Part shown: one piece after another, positions 1 to 13,146 of the stretch
How positions within the stretch are numbered: position 1 is the stretch's first letter
Layout of the letters: each line of letters starts with the position of its first letter
DNA from: Eledone cirrhosa
Lineage: Eukaryota
Reading direction: 5' to 3'
Length of the DNA: 64,000 nt
NCBI GenBank assembly: GCA_964016885.1
Contig: OZ024752.1
Span: forward strand, 1,364,001-1,428,000
Made by a program: the position numbers and the translations under genes
Notes under the pieces: generated by a model
The model's database searches: none
What the model saw: only the letters and a program-made list of their open reading frames with translations
Told to the model about the DNA's origin: nothing

Positions 1-645
1 TAGGAAAAGTTTGAGTGTCAGATTCCTCTACTTCTGAAACTTTATATTAAATACAATTCCAAACAATCACTATATTGTCCGCAAAAGTGATATTTATTTA
101 TATAATTACAACGACGTTCCAATAATAGTACGTATTTAGATATTGTTTCGGGTGTTTAATACACCCACTTATTACATTAATATTAGTATCTCACATATAT
201 AATGTGATAATATGATATAAAATATATGAATGAAATGAAACCATAAAAACACGAACTAATTCAATACCAACTGAAATGTATGTATGTATATATGTATGTA
301 TATACGTACGTACGGATGTATTCTATATATGTATGTATGTATGCATCTATGTATGTTGCATAGTCGTATCGTCGGTGACTAAACCGGAAATATGTATGTA
401 TGTCACATGGGCGTGTCGTCGGCAACTAAACCGGAAACCACCACCGAGTTTACCTGGTGAGGAGGGTGATTTTAGACACCCCGCAGGACAAAAAACAAAA
501 CCTGACGAAAGACGGAAGAACTCATAAGAGACGACGGCCATCAAGAAATGTGTAAATGTGTATATACACATATACATATGTATTTATATGTATATATGTA
601 TATGCATGTGTGAATGTGTAAGTTTATGCGCAGGTACATAGATAT

Positions 646-1520
646 AGTCTGGCTGTATACCCGATCTTGCGATTAAACCACTTGGAGTGAAGGACCACTA
701 GTTTCTGTCAGGGCATTCATCTAGGATCAGGCAACTCAGGAAACTGGGATAACTCCGACATAAAACCTGTGGCTCAGTAGTTACCGATCATGTTGATCTT
801 TTCTTCTTTTCGGGTTATATATACTGTCGCTCATAGAGTTGGATTGGTTCAGTGCACAGTCTTTCCTCACTTTAAAATAATCTTCACGCACAGACATTGC
901 ATGATAGAATTAATTAATAATTATTAATAATGGTATATCGTGCAATGGCCATACTCGAGAACGAGGGGGCAGCCATCATGTATGTATGCATGTAACAAAA
1001 ATACACAAAGGTCTCTGTATATGAGCCCTGTGTTGTTACAGTCATACTATACGGATACGAAACGTGGACAACTTACAGTCATCACATCAGGCAGTTGGAC
1101 AGATTTCATCACCATTGTATAGGAAGAAATCTGAAAATAAGTGGTCTTCTTACCCACCTGCTACTGCAGTACACAAGATAAAGGGTAGCACCAGTATTAA
1201 GAGGAGGATCAGTATGTACCAGATGCGTTGCGCTGGTCATGCGGTCAAGATGGGGAGCTGACCAGAGGAAAAACGCCACAGTTTAAACCTGTCATAAAAG
1301 ACAACCTTAAAGCTATGAAGATTGATATGGAGAACTGGGGTAGACTGGTTGAAAGTCGTACATCATGGAGAAAAATCCCCAAGTATGGATATGATGTATT
1401 TGTGAAAAAGTGAGTGGAGCATTTGAAGCGTTCAATTCGTAAGCAGGACTGAAGTGCAATGCTTCCAAAAATCCAGAGTTCCGTGTAGCTCGGAGCCAGC
1501 GCACGCACCTTAGCAGAAAA
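646..1520 (+). mobile_element. Degenerate RTE-clade LINE remnant
   Basis: Broken frames at about 1100-1440 read QMRCAGHAVKM / GELTRGK / FKPVIKDNLKAMKIDMENW..ESRTSWRK, matching the RTE reverse transcriptase C-terminal pattern (LRWAGHV.RM..GEL..G..KD.LK..ID..W..DR..WR). The upstream boundary is uncertain. Confidence 0.6.
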
Positions 1521-2577
1521 GCCAACCTTAATTAATTTAATGATTTAGTGGTAAATGTTCAGAGGCAAACACTGAATGACAAGGATGGAATTCCCGACTG
1601 ATTCAGTTATTTCCGTATATGTATGTCCTATACCGACATTCTGTTTAACATTCTCCCTCTAAAATATGACAATGTGTATCAGTAATCTTGACAGTCCCCG
1701 TCTACGATTCCTACGATATAATATACAGAGACCACGCTATAAATTAGATGTGATGGGTATGATGTAGTAGGGGTTCAGCATGTCCAGATAGCCCTTCGTT
1801 AACTGTCATCGGGTGAGAGAGATCATTAGATTTCAGTGATTGTTCTACGTATAAAAGAAATCGGAATGGAATTCGTCTTGTGATTTACCGATTCTACCAA
1901 CCGACTGATCTTCTTCCAAATCCACCAAACCTTCTGGATTGTAATGTATTATATGATTGAAATAATTATTAGAAAGTTTATGACAAGGAAATATTCCCTA
2001 GACCAGCTAATTTCTGGGTTGGGTGTAGCTTTAATGCCTAATTATTAACTGCAAAAACATTAATACCTTATAACATTAATCACGAAATGTTTTCAGAAAC
2101 ACCACAATTTTAGTAACTTATGTAAACACAAGAATTAGACACTCGTAAAGTTTGAAGTGATAGATATCCCTAAGATTGTACATTTAATGTGTATTCAATT
2201 TGAGACTTGGAAAATGAAATCATAATCTTACTGTCCGATTTAATCTCCAATAACCATTTATGAGACACAAATTTATAGATGTTCGATCATTGAACACACA
2301 CACACAAACGCACATACTTTTATAAGCCCGCAGATATACACATACGGACACATACATGTAGATATACACACATAGACACATACACAATCAAACAAGTACA
2401 AGCACACGAAAATTGCATTAGTGTACACTGTAGATGTATGCAGACATTTTAATGTTATGGTATATTTGTGAATACATGAATATATACATAGTTGTGTCTA
2501 TGTATACTTGCATACAAAAGTAGATGTTTGTATACACACATATACATATATACACTCACAAACACAGACACACACAC

Positions 2578-2655
<78 letters not shown>

Positions 2656-3108
2656 GTATGTGTGTGTGGAGACGGATTTATGTATACGTATGTATGTGTA
2701 TCTGTGTACATATGTAAAGGGTATAGTATGTGATAAATCAGAAACGTAAGATAGCAAACTAATATATATCATCGAGAGAAATATTATCTGATTATCGTTG
2801 AAGCAATATACGAGTTGGCACTCGCAAGACATGAATGGCTCCAAGATTCCGTGAACAGCATATAAATGGAATCAAATCGCTACTAGATGATTTAGTATTC
2901 AGCGAAATGATGTTTGTTTGTGTAAGTTTGCGGCAGTCCTTAATACTTCAACCGTTAAATGGAATTCTAAATGGACGTTTTCCTAACGTGGGCTTCAGAA
3001 TCATTCATGAACAGATTCAATACTAGAACATTATCATCAGAAGCTAAAATAGTCTCACAAACTGAACACATTTAAGGAATGCAGAGAAACACGCATATAT
3101 ATTCATAT

Positions 3109-3251
<143 letters not shown>

Positions 3252-3252
3252 T

Positions 3253-3292
<40 letters not shown>

Positions 3293-3490
3293 AGATATAG
3301 ATATACTGGTGTTGCAAATATGTGCATATAAACATGTATATATGCACTAATATGCATTAAGAAGAAATTTTGTTGTACACGCGCATACACATACTCTCTC
3401 AAAGACATGCACACACACACATTAATTATAAACAAACATATATATGAATATGTACACACACACAGACACACGCACACACACGTATATATA

Positions 3491-3555
<65 letters not shown>

Positions 3556-3630
3556 GTTATTCCGGGTTGAATCGGAGGTAACCACAGTAAGTAAGGTACT
3601 CAATACATAGCAGAGTATAACAGTTTTAAT
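3556..3630 (-). repeat. Tail-only fragment of a (TA)n-embedded PLE-like repeat
   Basis: Near-identical to 22810-22885 (gttattcc..gttgaatcggag.taacc..agtaaggtactcaatacatagcagagtataa) and flanked by (TA)n on both sides. Confidence 0.7.
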
Positions 3631-3644
3631 CTCATCTATATTAA

Positions 3645-3701
<57 letters not shown>

Positions 3702-3787
3702 CACATATTTATATATATAGATATATCACCCATATACAATATATAATAGACAGGGTGAGTGAGAGTTAAGTGAAATATATCTATATA

Positions 3788-3819
<32 letters not shown>

Positions 3820-4027
3820 GGAAAATGTATGACCCCGACGGCAGAACTCAAGCCATTTCCACGGTTATTTCTGGACTAAATTCTAATTTAGTCCAGAAAT
3901 AGACGTCGAAACGGCTTGAATCTCTGCCGACGGGGTCATACATTTTCCTATTACCCAGTCCACTACACTAAGTATTCAGTACTCTGGTGTGTTATGGTCC
4001 AACTGGTTCCTTACCACAACCCCTTCG
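3820..4027 (+). mobile_element. Fold-back PLE-like mini-insert (inverted repeat 3820-3948 plus tail)
   Basis: ggaaaatgtatgaccccgacggcaga...tctgccgacggggtcatacattttcc inverted arms, apex about 3883, GAAAC half-core on the + arm, (TA)n flanks. Confidence 0.7.
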
Positions 4028-4064
4028 TTATATATATATATATATCATCATTCGTCGACTACTG

Positions 4065-4122
<58 letters not shown>

Positions 4123-5381
4123 CAGGGTGGGGCATAATTCCTGTTACACAGTTTTAAATCAATTTAAAAATACATTATGTTGCTAATATAACCAATATAT
4201 TTGTATCAAATCCATGCACTATAACCATATTAACTATTTTTCAGAACTTTACTCCATTAACAATTTGCAATGTCCCTAGAATTAAAAAAAGAAAGTTTAT
4301 TATAGAGAAGCATGAACAAGGCCTGACTCGACCCAAGATATTTAAACTGGAGAAAATTGTTAAGATCAATAGAATGTTGATCAAAAGGACAATCGATCGA
4401 TTTAAGGAAACTTCCTCGACCAAAGACAGACCTCAATCCGGACGCCTTCACACCTCAAGAACACCAAAACTCGTTAAAAGTGTGAGGGAAAAGATAAGGC
4501 GTAAACCAAGAAGGTCCATGAGAAAAAGGGCAGAAGCAGCAGAAACATCGCCAAGAACTATGCGGAGGATATGTCGAGATGATCTGGTGATGTCACCCTA
4601 TAAGTTCCAAAAGAGGCAGCTTCTTTCTGCAGCCACAATTTAAAAGAGTCTCTCCAGAAGTAAATTGTTATTGAACCGTATCAAAGATGGCACGCTGCAA
4701 AACATCATTTTTACAGATTAGAAGTTATTCACTGTGCAGCAGTCTCACAATCATCAAAATGATCGAGTACTTGCAAAAAGTCTCAAATCAATTCCTTCAA
4801 GTGTAGGAAAAGTGTTCAGAACACAGAAACCAGCATCAGTGATGGTTTGGGCAGCCATTTCTGAAAGAGGGAAGTCTCCTCTGATTTTTGTGCCTCAAGG
4901 AGTTAAAATTGCATAAAAGATATTTTGGAAGGAGCACTGATGCCATGGTGCATATCTGTTTATGGCGATGACATTTGGACTCTCCAACAAGATGGAGCGA
5001 CGAGTCACACTGCTTGCGTAACACAACAGTGGTGTAGAGACCATTGTCCTGCATGGATCGGTAAGGAAGATTAGTCTCCCACATTACCAGATCTCAACCC
5101 TCTCGATTTATCTTTATAGTCAATTCTTGAGAGTGAAGCCTGCTCTAATCCTAGCCAAAATATTGAAAGTCTAAAATCAAAACTGAATAAAGTATGGGAC
5201 ACAATACCCATGGAAACTGTTCGTGCAGCCATCGAAGACTTTCCTATAAGTCTTCGAGCAGTAGCGAGAGCTAGAGGAAAGCATTTCGAATATATGTTTG
5301 TTGAAGTCAGATCTTGAAATAAATGTTTTTTTCCAGAACTCTTTGCATTTTATTTTGTAACATTTTTTATGCCCCACCCTG
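4123..5381 (+). mobile_element. Tc1/mariner DD37D (maT) DNA transposon, near full length, pseudogenised transposase
   Basis: TIRs cagggtggggcataa / ttatgccccaccctg with TA on both sides. Motifs IFTD, VMVWAAIS, QQDGA..H and PDLNPLD, with 37 codons between the second and third Asp. Several stops and frameshifts. Confidence 0.93.
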
Positions 5382-5432
5382 TATTACCGATAACTATGCA
5401 TATATATATATGTATGTGTATATAGGTGTGTG

Positions 5433-5560
5433 TGTTCGGGAAGTTGGGAGCTCGATACAAGTACCGGGCCATGCGATTTGTCCTTACACCAAACACTTAA
5501 TTTCACGTTCCTCCATTTGACTTAGCTGAAGATAAGAGATGCGACGCCACTAATGACAGG
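5433..5560 (+). mobile_element. Old SINE fragment (second family)
   Basis: tgtcctt..cacttaatttcacgttcctcca.ttgact.agctg core; related sequence on the - strand at about 58810-58900. Confidence 0.45.
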
Positions 5561-5615
5561 CAACATGATAGGAGGAGGGGAGACAGCGCCTATGTGGGGC
5601 AGCTAATCTCTCTTA

Positions 5616-5787
5616 TAATTGTTTCTAATTTTGGCACAAGTCCAGCAATTATCCCAGTGTATTACTGGTACTTTTATTTTATCGACCTCGTAAAGATGAA
5701 AGGCAAAGTTAACCTCGGCGGGATTTGAACTCAGACCATAAAGGGTCGTAACTCTTTGCTGCAAAGTATGGCGTCCGACCCTCTACT
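5616..5787 (-). mobile_element. tRNA-derived SINE (main family)
   Basis: B-box-like gagttcaaatccc, conserved core ctttgcctttcatc...gtcgataaaat.aagtaccagt and 3' cttgtgccaaaa; about 12 copies in the window. Confidence 0.88.
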
Positions 5788-6080
5788 TATAATACCCGTA
5801 TCTGTGTCTCGGAGTGCAACGCTTTAGATCTGAAACCCATTGACATTCGTGACAGTATGCGGATTTATGTTTTTAACCTTTATACCTATATCTATATCTT
5901 TATCCTTCTCTCTCTCTCTCGTTCTCTCTCTCTCTATCCCTATCTCTCTCTTTATCCTACTCTCTCTCTCTTTCTCCTAATCCCTCAGTCTCAATCTTTC
6001 TCCTACTCTCTCTCTCTCTCTATATATATATATATTTATATTTATATATATAAATATATACATATATATCCGTATATATA

Positions 6081-6256
6081 CAAATCAAGACGGCTTCGGT
6101 TACTCAACAGAGTGCTCGATACTTGGAGTAGTAGAGTATGATTATATTATAAAGAATCAGAGCCCGACTGCTGAACCCTGTCTTTTCAACAGATGGTTCA
6201 ATACACTGACACTAGCTTTTGAAACGGTATGAACTCAGCCGTGGTATTCCGACTCT

Positions 6257-6265
<9 letters not shown>
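6081..6265 (-). mobile_element. Old fold-back PLE-like mini-insert
   Basis: Diverged inverted arms 6142-6190 / 6218-6265; tail hairpin TACTC..GAGCACTC on the - strand (6110-6130); (TA)n flanks. Confidence 0.5.
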
Positions 6266-6344
<79 letters not shown>

Positions 6345-6881
6345 CAGGTTTAGCAAATAATGAAAAAGTTTCAAAATAAAATTAAAAAAATTGACTTTAC
6401 CTACTATAGTTACCTTTACCGAATCGGTTTCGAATCTCAAAAATAAACGGAGACCATACGGCCTTCGTTGCAAAGAAAGATTCTCGTCAGAAGGTTCTTT
6501 TCATTCGAAGAATATAAATTCTTGAATTTAAATTACGAACTAGCGCTATCCAAAACTGTTCCCGAGATGAGAGTAAATGAAGTGGAATCAATTTTTTCAA
6601 GGGCCGAAAGTAAAGATAGAGGCAGAGGGAGGTAGGTCAATCGGCCACCACTATTACTAGCAGCAGTCGGAACGACCAAATTTTTTCTCAACATAGAGTA
6701 GAATAAAATCGAACGAATTGATGAAAGAGAAGCAAGCCGTTAAAATATATTTATAAGAAGCTCTTACAAATGTTACGCTCAAGTTGGGCTCCTCAGAGGC
6801 TTACAAGAAAATAAAGGATTTAATTAACAACCTTGAATGGGTATGATATTGTAACATTTTATTATATATATATATATATAT

Positions 6882-7240
6882 TTGTTATGTAATAAACAAC
6901 ATAAGATAATTATTTCATTTACCAGTGGTTTCTTGAAAGCAAACAAATCTACTTTCAGTCATGAGAATGAAAAAATCCTGGTGTTTTTATTGAATGTGGA
7001 TTTGAAAACAAAATATAAGAAATATCTCTTATATTTCTTATAATTTTGTTTTCAAATCCACATTCAATAAAAACACCAGGACTTTTTCATTCTGATGACT
7101 GAAAGCAGATTTGTTTGCTTTCAAGAAACCACTGATAAATGAAATAATTATCTTATGTTGTTTATTGCATAAATAATAAGCTCTGTAACCTACATAGAGC
7201 ACTCTTTTTTCCTGGACCTTTCCGACGGAATTACTTCACA
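6882..7240 (+). mobile_element. Fold-back PLE-like mini-insert with an HHR in both arms
   Basis: About 140-bp near-perfect inverted arms, apex about 7027, tail 7172-7240 on the + arm only, (TA)n flanks. Confidence 0.85.
7085..7144 (+). ncRNA. Type I hammerhead ribozyme motif
   Basis: Stem I tttcatt/aatgaaa; CTGATGA 7092-7098; stem II tgaaagca/tgctttca; GAAAC 7125. The opposite arm retains GAAACC-ACT-GGTA. Confidence 0.8.
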
Positions 7241-7286
7241 TATATATATATATATATATCTATACATATATATACAACATTATATA

Positions 7287-7328
<42 letters not shown>

Positions 7329-7394
7329 ATAATACAATATAAGTATTCCATTACCCAAGATTTCACGATGTTAGACGATTCCAATAAAAACATC

Positions 7395-7596
<202 letters not shown>

Positions 7597-7618
7597 CGTG
7601 TATGTTTGTGTGTGTGTA

Positions 7619-7810
7619 AAAGGTAAACAGAAATAACAAACATAGCAAAACAAACGGCACAGTACATGGACGCAATGTATTGGTTTAATAATTGAAATAG
7701 CAGTCTTAACGTTTCGGACACTAGTTCTTCACCAGAAAATAGAGTTACAAATACAAGATATATAGAAAGTTAGAAATGGTTAGGAAGAAACGGGGAAATG
7801 AGAAAAGAAA
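7619..7810 (-). mobile_element. PLE-like terminal fragment with a degenerate minimal HHR
   Basis: The - strand reads CTGGTGA-agaactagtgtcc-GAAACGTTA (7707-7735). Its end aaggtaaacagaaataacaa recurs at about 57473. Confidence 0.55.
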
Positions 7811-9617
7811 ATTTATGTACATACATTTTGCGAATCTATTAACGTGTATTACTACATGAGTAAACACGTGTATATACATTTGCACTCGCACGTACACACG
7901 TGCTGAACGTACAGACGCAACATTTGAGACAATGTAAGGGTTTTGTGTGTTAATTCAGAAGGTATCTGCCTGATATCTGAAACCGTTAGATATGGTGCAC
8001 ATTTTCTTTCAAATTACACCTTTCGCCTTAACGTACACATTTGATGATGTAACCTAGAAGCAGAAGATATTTGCCTTTCGATAACCTGAACTCGGTGAGA
8101 TCTACCTTGCCTGTAAACCACAACAAAAAGCAATAATAACAGTAACAACCACAATTACAACTACACAAAACTACAGTTTGAGCCTCCTCTCGATTTTTTA
8201 AATTCTCGATTATAATAATGTTACTTTTATTTGTGCTCTTACTGTCAGAATCATACATAGTTTGATTAGATTTTATCTACAAACCGGACATTTTCTGGCT
8301 ATTTAAGATAACGCTATTGTGCGTATATTCATATATTATCTAAAATCCTCTTTGTTCCTTATATAATATCTGTAAGTGAAGAATAATATTTCCCATTGTG
8401 GTAGAATTAAATTGGTTTCATTTAATTCGTAAATTATTTCCACTTATGAAAGTCCATCCACTATAAATACATGTGCAGGAATCTGACAGAGCACAGAAAT
8501 ATACATAAATCAAATACTGATTTATTATCTGTTTCACTGGTAACTGTTGAATTATCTATAAATTACATCTATTTATTATAGAATATGGACGAAAAGTAGC
8601 GGTTTATCGAGTGAAATTGTAAATGGCTATCGTGTATTTCAATGTTTCTTAAAAACATTAGTAACAGCATTATCGAGAGTTTCTGTTTGTAGTTCTAATC
8701 ACGAATCATAAAGCGTACACATTTTATGTCATTTGTTGCAAAAGCTGAAGCGTATTTTATTGCATGGTTGCAACCTGTAAGCTTATCCAACAATTATATA
8801 TAGGCGACTAATCTTGTTACAATTTATTTCAGCAACAATTCTAATCCTTGGTTCCAGAAGTTGATTTGAAGTGTAGAAGAAACTAAATTTATACCATTAA
8901 ATATAATGCTCTAAAAAGCAATCTTGTTGTAAATGTCACACATAATGCATCCTGATATGGACATGAAATTCAATGCCAATTTAACTCAACTGCTGATACT
9001 GCGTCAGCAAAATGCGATTATATTGTTCATTCTTGTTAGAATAAGTCTAATTCAGGATGTACAACTAACTATGAACGTTATATCTCCAAACGTAATAATG
9101 CACAATACACACATTTTCTCTTCCTTTAAATATATCTAATTGTGTTGTAACATGTACTGCTTTCTTTGGTTGAAGAAATTATATCTTCGAAAAAATACAC
9201 ATTTAAATTCCTGAAGTAAAAAGATTTATTAGAGATTATAGAGGCATATATGAAAGCACATAACATAGAGTTATGTAAAACAAAACACACGCATGTCTCA
9301 CTATGGGAATTATAAGCTACGACCAGCGGCTATTAAGGTAAAAGAGATTGATGTAACAATATCACAGCTTAGAATAGCCACAGAGAGACTTATCTATGTT
9401 TATTATAGTTCAAATGTTTTTATATACCCCTCTCTTAGAGATCATGTTCACTTAATATTACAAGTTAATGTCGGCTCCTCAAGACTGTAATATTAGAGAA
9501 GCAGCAGCCCGATAAATATATATATAGGCTATTAAATTAGTTTGTTTCTGACCGAGGGAGTTAGGGTCGCTCAAGCTCGTTGAAAATTCCGAAACACAAG
9601 TGTTTGGTATTATTACG

Positions 9618-9805
9618 CGGTGGATTGGCAGTATCGGTAGAGAGTCGGACGCCATGCTTTGCAGCACAGCTACGTCTCTTTACGGACTGAGTTCAAATCC
9701 CGGCGAGGTTAGCTTTGCCTTTCATCCTTACAGGGTCGATAAAATACAGTACCAGTAATGTACTGGGTTATTGCTGGCCTTGTGCCAAAAGTAGACACAA
9801 TTATT
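9618..9805 (+). mobile_element. tRNA-derived SINE, full length
   Basis: A-box-like tggcagtatcgg, B-box-like gagttcaaatccc, conserved core; TSD-like attattac(g/a)cgg on both sides. Confidence 0.9.
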
Positions 9806-10603
9806 ACACGGTAGCTGTGAATTATTTGTGGCCTGATTACAGTTCAAAATAAACACACCGAGATTAAAAACTTTATTTTGAATCATGATGTGTTAGTAAT
9901 CCTGCGACTGTATCGGGAGGATGTAAAAATAATAATCCACACAGAATATTTGGTTAATAAGTGAAGTTACGCTATTAAATACTTTACGTTATAAAGTTAC
10001 GTTATTAAAGAACTGACTTTTGATTAAGGTGTATTTTGTTTTATTTCATATCATTTCTCCATCAATATTTCTATTTCTTAGCGATTTTTATTCAGCTTTT
10101 CATTAAAAGAGAACCACTGAACTTATACGACCTAATATAGATTTAACATTACAAGGAAATGTGCATAGTTATAGAGCTTGAGTATATATCTTTAGTATGG
10201 TCATTTGGATACCGGTAAGGATAGTTAGACTCATCCCAAGGTAAAGATGATCCTCTTCTGAGTATCGAGCTTAACTTGGTATCTATGCTTCCCAGGTGGG
10301 CATAAATAGGAGACGCAATAGTTAAACTCGAGCAGGTGGTTGGTCCACTCATTCTCGAGACTTGACACAAAATTGAATCTTGACACAAAACTGTTTCATA
10401 TTTGCGGTTGTTTCAGTGGTTGATTGAACGTGCAGAAAAAGAAGTGGTTCCTAGATCTGTTTAATATAATGTTTATCAATGTTGCATCTAAACAGAGTTG
10501 TTATTACAGGGACAACGCTAACTTATTGGTAAAATACGTGATTTGTAAAGTTCTGATACTCAAGTTTGTGATTATATTTTTTCCCATAATTAAAACCACA
10601 TTG

Positions 10604-10778
10604 TGGTGGATTGGCAGTATCGGTAGAGTGTCGGACACTATGCTTCGCTGATTATAGTTACGGCCCTTGCCATTCTGTGTTCAAATCTCGCTCAGGTTAA
10701 TTTTGTCTTTCATTGAGATAAATTACCATTAATGCAGTGGGTAATTGATGGCCTTGTGCCAAAAGTAGAAACAAAATT
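10604..10778 (+). mobile_element. tRNA-derived SINE with an internal deletion
   Basis: Same head (gtggattggcagtatcggtagag) and tail (ggccttgtgccaaaagtagaaac) as 9618-9805. Confidence 0.88.
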
Positions 10779-11399
10779 ATGCATTCACTAAAATAGTGGA
10801 GACTTCTCGTGCCCTTGACCCTAGTGCCACCTCCTTACCCTCCACCCTCAGCTCAGTTGGCCACGTGCAGGTGTGACCTTCGCGAACTGAAATGGTTCTT
10901 CCAGCGTGTCTCCCTTGACAATCATCTGTTCTGTCCACCGTGAGAGATGCGGAAAGGGGGAGAGACAGAGGCAGTGACAGTGGGAGTTTGGTTCCTTTGT
11001 GTTCGGACATGGGGTGTATGTATATATGATTCACGGAGACACATTCACACCGAGGCAATTCAAGTTAACATTATGTATATTAGAATTTTATATTCAACAT
11101 TTAAATACACATTTCTCAAATGTAAATACAAACCAATGTTATATAAATGACATAGGATACATGATACTCATCAACAGTTTTGCGCCGTGCGCAAATGCCC
11201 AGAAATCGACACGTCAGTCCATCTTGCTATGGGTTTCTGTAATTGGGCTTCTAACCAACAGAAGTACTACATGGACAAAGCAAGTTCTTGTAAATTATCA
11301 TAATTTTACTTTCTGTTCGCTTCATTGATTTAAATAATGTAAACTCTCCAGTAGCCCCACTTGAACATGCATGTCCCATAGGAAAGATATATATATACA

Positions 11400-11665
<266 letters not shown>

Positions 11666-11700
11666 ATATGTAGATATATATATATACACACACACACACA

Positions 11701-11849
11701 CTAGGAGTAGGAAGCTGTCATTCCCTGACGTTATGTCTAAGGGAATCAGTAGACAGGACCTGGGAGCGGCGATGGGGGACAGATAATTCTGGGGCATGAG
11801 AGTGAGATCCATCATCTCGACAGTAGTCGACGAATGATGATGATGATGG
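11701..11849 (+). mobile_element. 3' end of an RTE-like LINE with (TGA)n tail
   Basis: Reads roughly [27 protein letters not shown] followed by tgatgatgatga; the same end occurs on the - strand at about 4043-4068. Confidence 0.55.
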
Positions 11850-11873
11850 TATATATATATATAATATATATAT

Positions 11874-11939
<66 letters not shown>

Positions 11940-11976
11940 TATATGTATATATATATATATATATATACATATATAT

Positions 11977-12060
<84 letters not shown>

Positions 12061-12064
<4 letters not shown>

Positions 12065-12110
12065 GAAAGGTATAGAAAGTATTGTAGCAAGAAGCCAACA
12101 GTATTCCATA
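12061..12110. repeat. 50-bp microsatellite-adjacent repeat, second copy at 39502-39551
   Basis: aaatgaaaggtatagaaa..attgtagcaa.aagccaacag.attccata in both places, each directly after (TA)n. Confidence 0.75.
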
Positions 12111-12716
12111 ATATATAATTGACTATAGTGTCAAAATGGGAAAATAGTTAACGTAAGATGTGGCAAAAATAATTCAAACTCAATTAAAAAAGAATCAGGA
12201 TAGAGATTTATCCAACAGAATTTAGTGAAATCCAGGAAAAATCAATAAAATAAAGTCTAAAATACTCATCCTTCAATTTGGGACAACTACAAATGCTCTG
12301 TTGAGTTTTGAAAAAAACTATTTCACGTAAACTTTCAGTGGAGATGGTCACGGTTGGAATACGATCCCCAGCAGAGCTCAACACGATAGCCAGATTCTCA
12401 CTTATTAATATACCAAAAAGGGAATTTAAAACAGGCTAGTTTACCATCATGCGTGGTTATGAAAATAAAACGCACATGTGGAAAAACAGGGCTGGTGACG
12501 TATATATATATACACACATAGAGAGGGATAGAACGGTACATATTGTTAGAGAGATATATAGATAGATTTTTGCTGATTAAATATTACTATTGTCATTTGC
12601 TTAGGGAGGCTCACATTTCAATTTTAAGTTTATTAAATTCCAGAATAAATTTATTGTTGATATTATCTAAATGTTTTGCAAGTAAAATCCCTTGTTCATA
12701 TCCCTCATACACACAA

Positions 12717-12816
<100 letters not shown>

Positions 12817-13010
12817 ATACACACATATATATATATATATAGAGAGAGAGAGATGGGAAGAGAAAGGAGGGTGAGATGAAAATTGGTATATATAAAGACG
12901 TATATATATATATAATCTGTTATTTTAATAAATATATATATATATATATGTATGTATATATATATATATGTATTTATATATATATATATATGTATGTATA
13001 TATATATATG

Positions 13011-13146
<136 letters not shown>

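Noticed and set aside
361-550. GC-richer segment with duplicated tcgtcgg..actaaaccggaaa
   Set aside because: Likely a TE fragment, but unclassifiable by eye (also 10795-11000, 25270-25520, 40540-40680).
8036-8112. Possible minus-strand exon (tttacAG..GTacgt); similar candidates at about 15493-15603, 15947-15975 and 39920-39985 (+)
   Set aside because: Splice-like signals only. No recognisable protein, and some candidates have stops in all frames.
9618-9705. tRNA gene
   Set aside because: The A/B boxes belong to a multicopy SINE head; no cloverleaf is supported.
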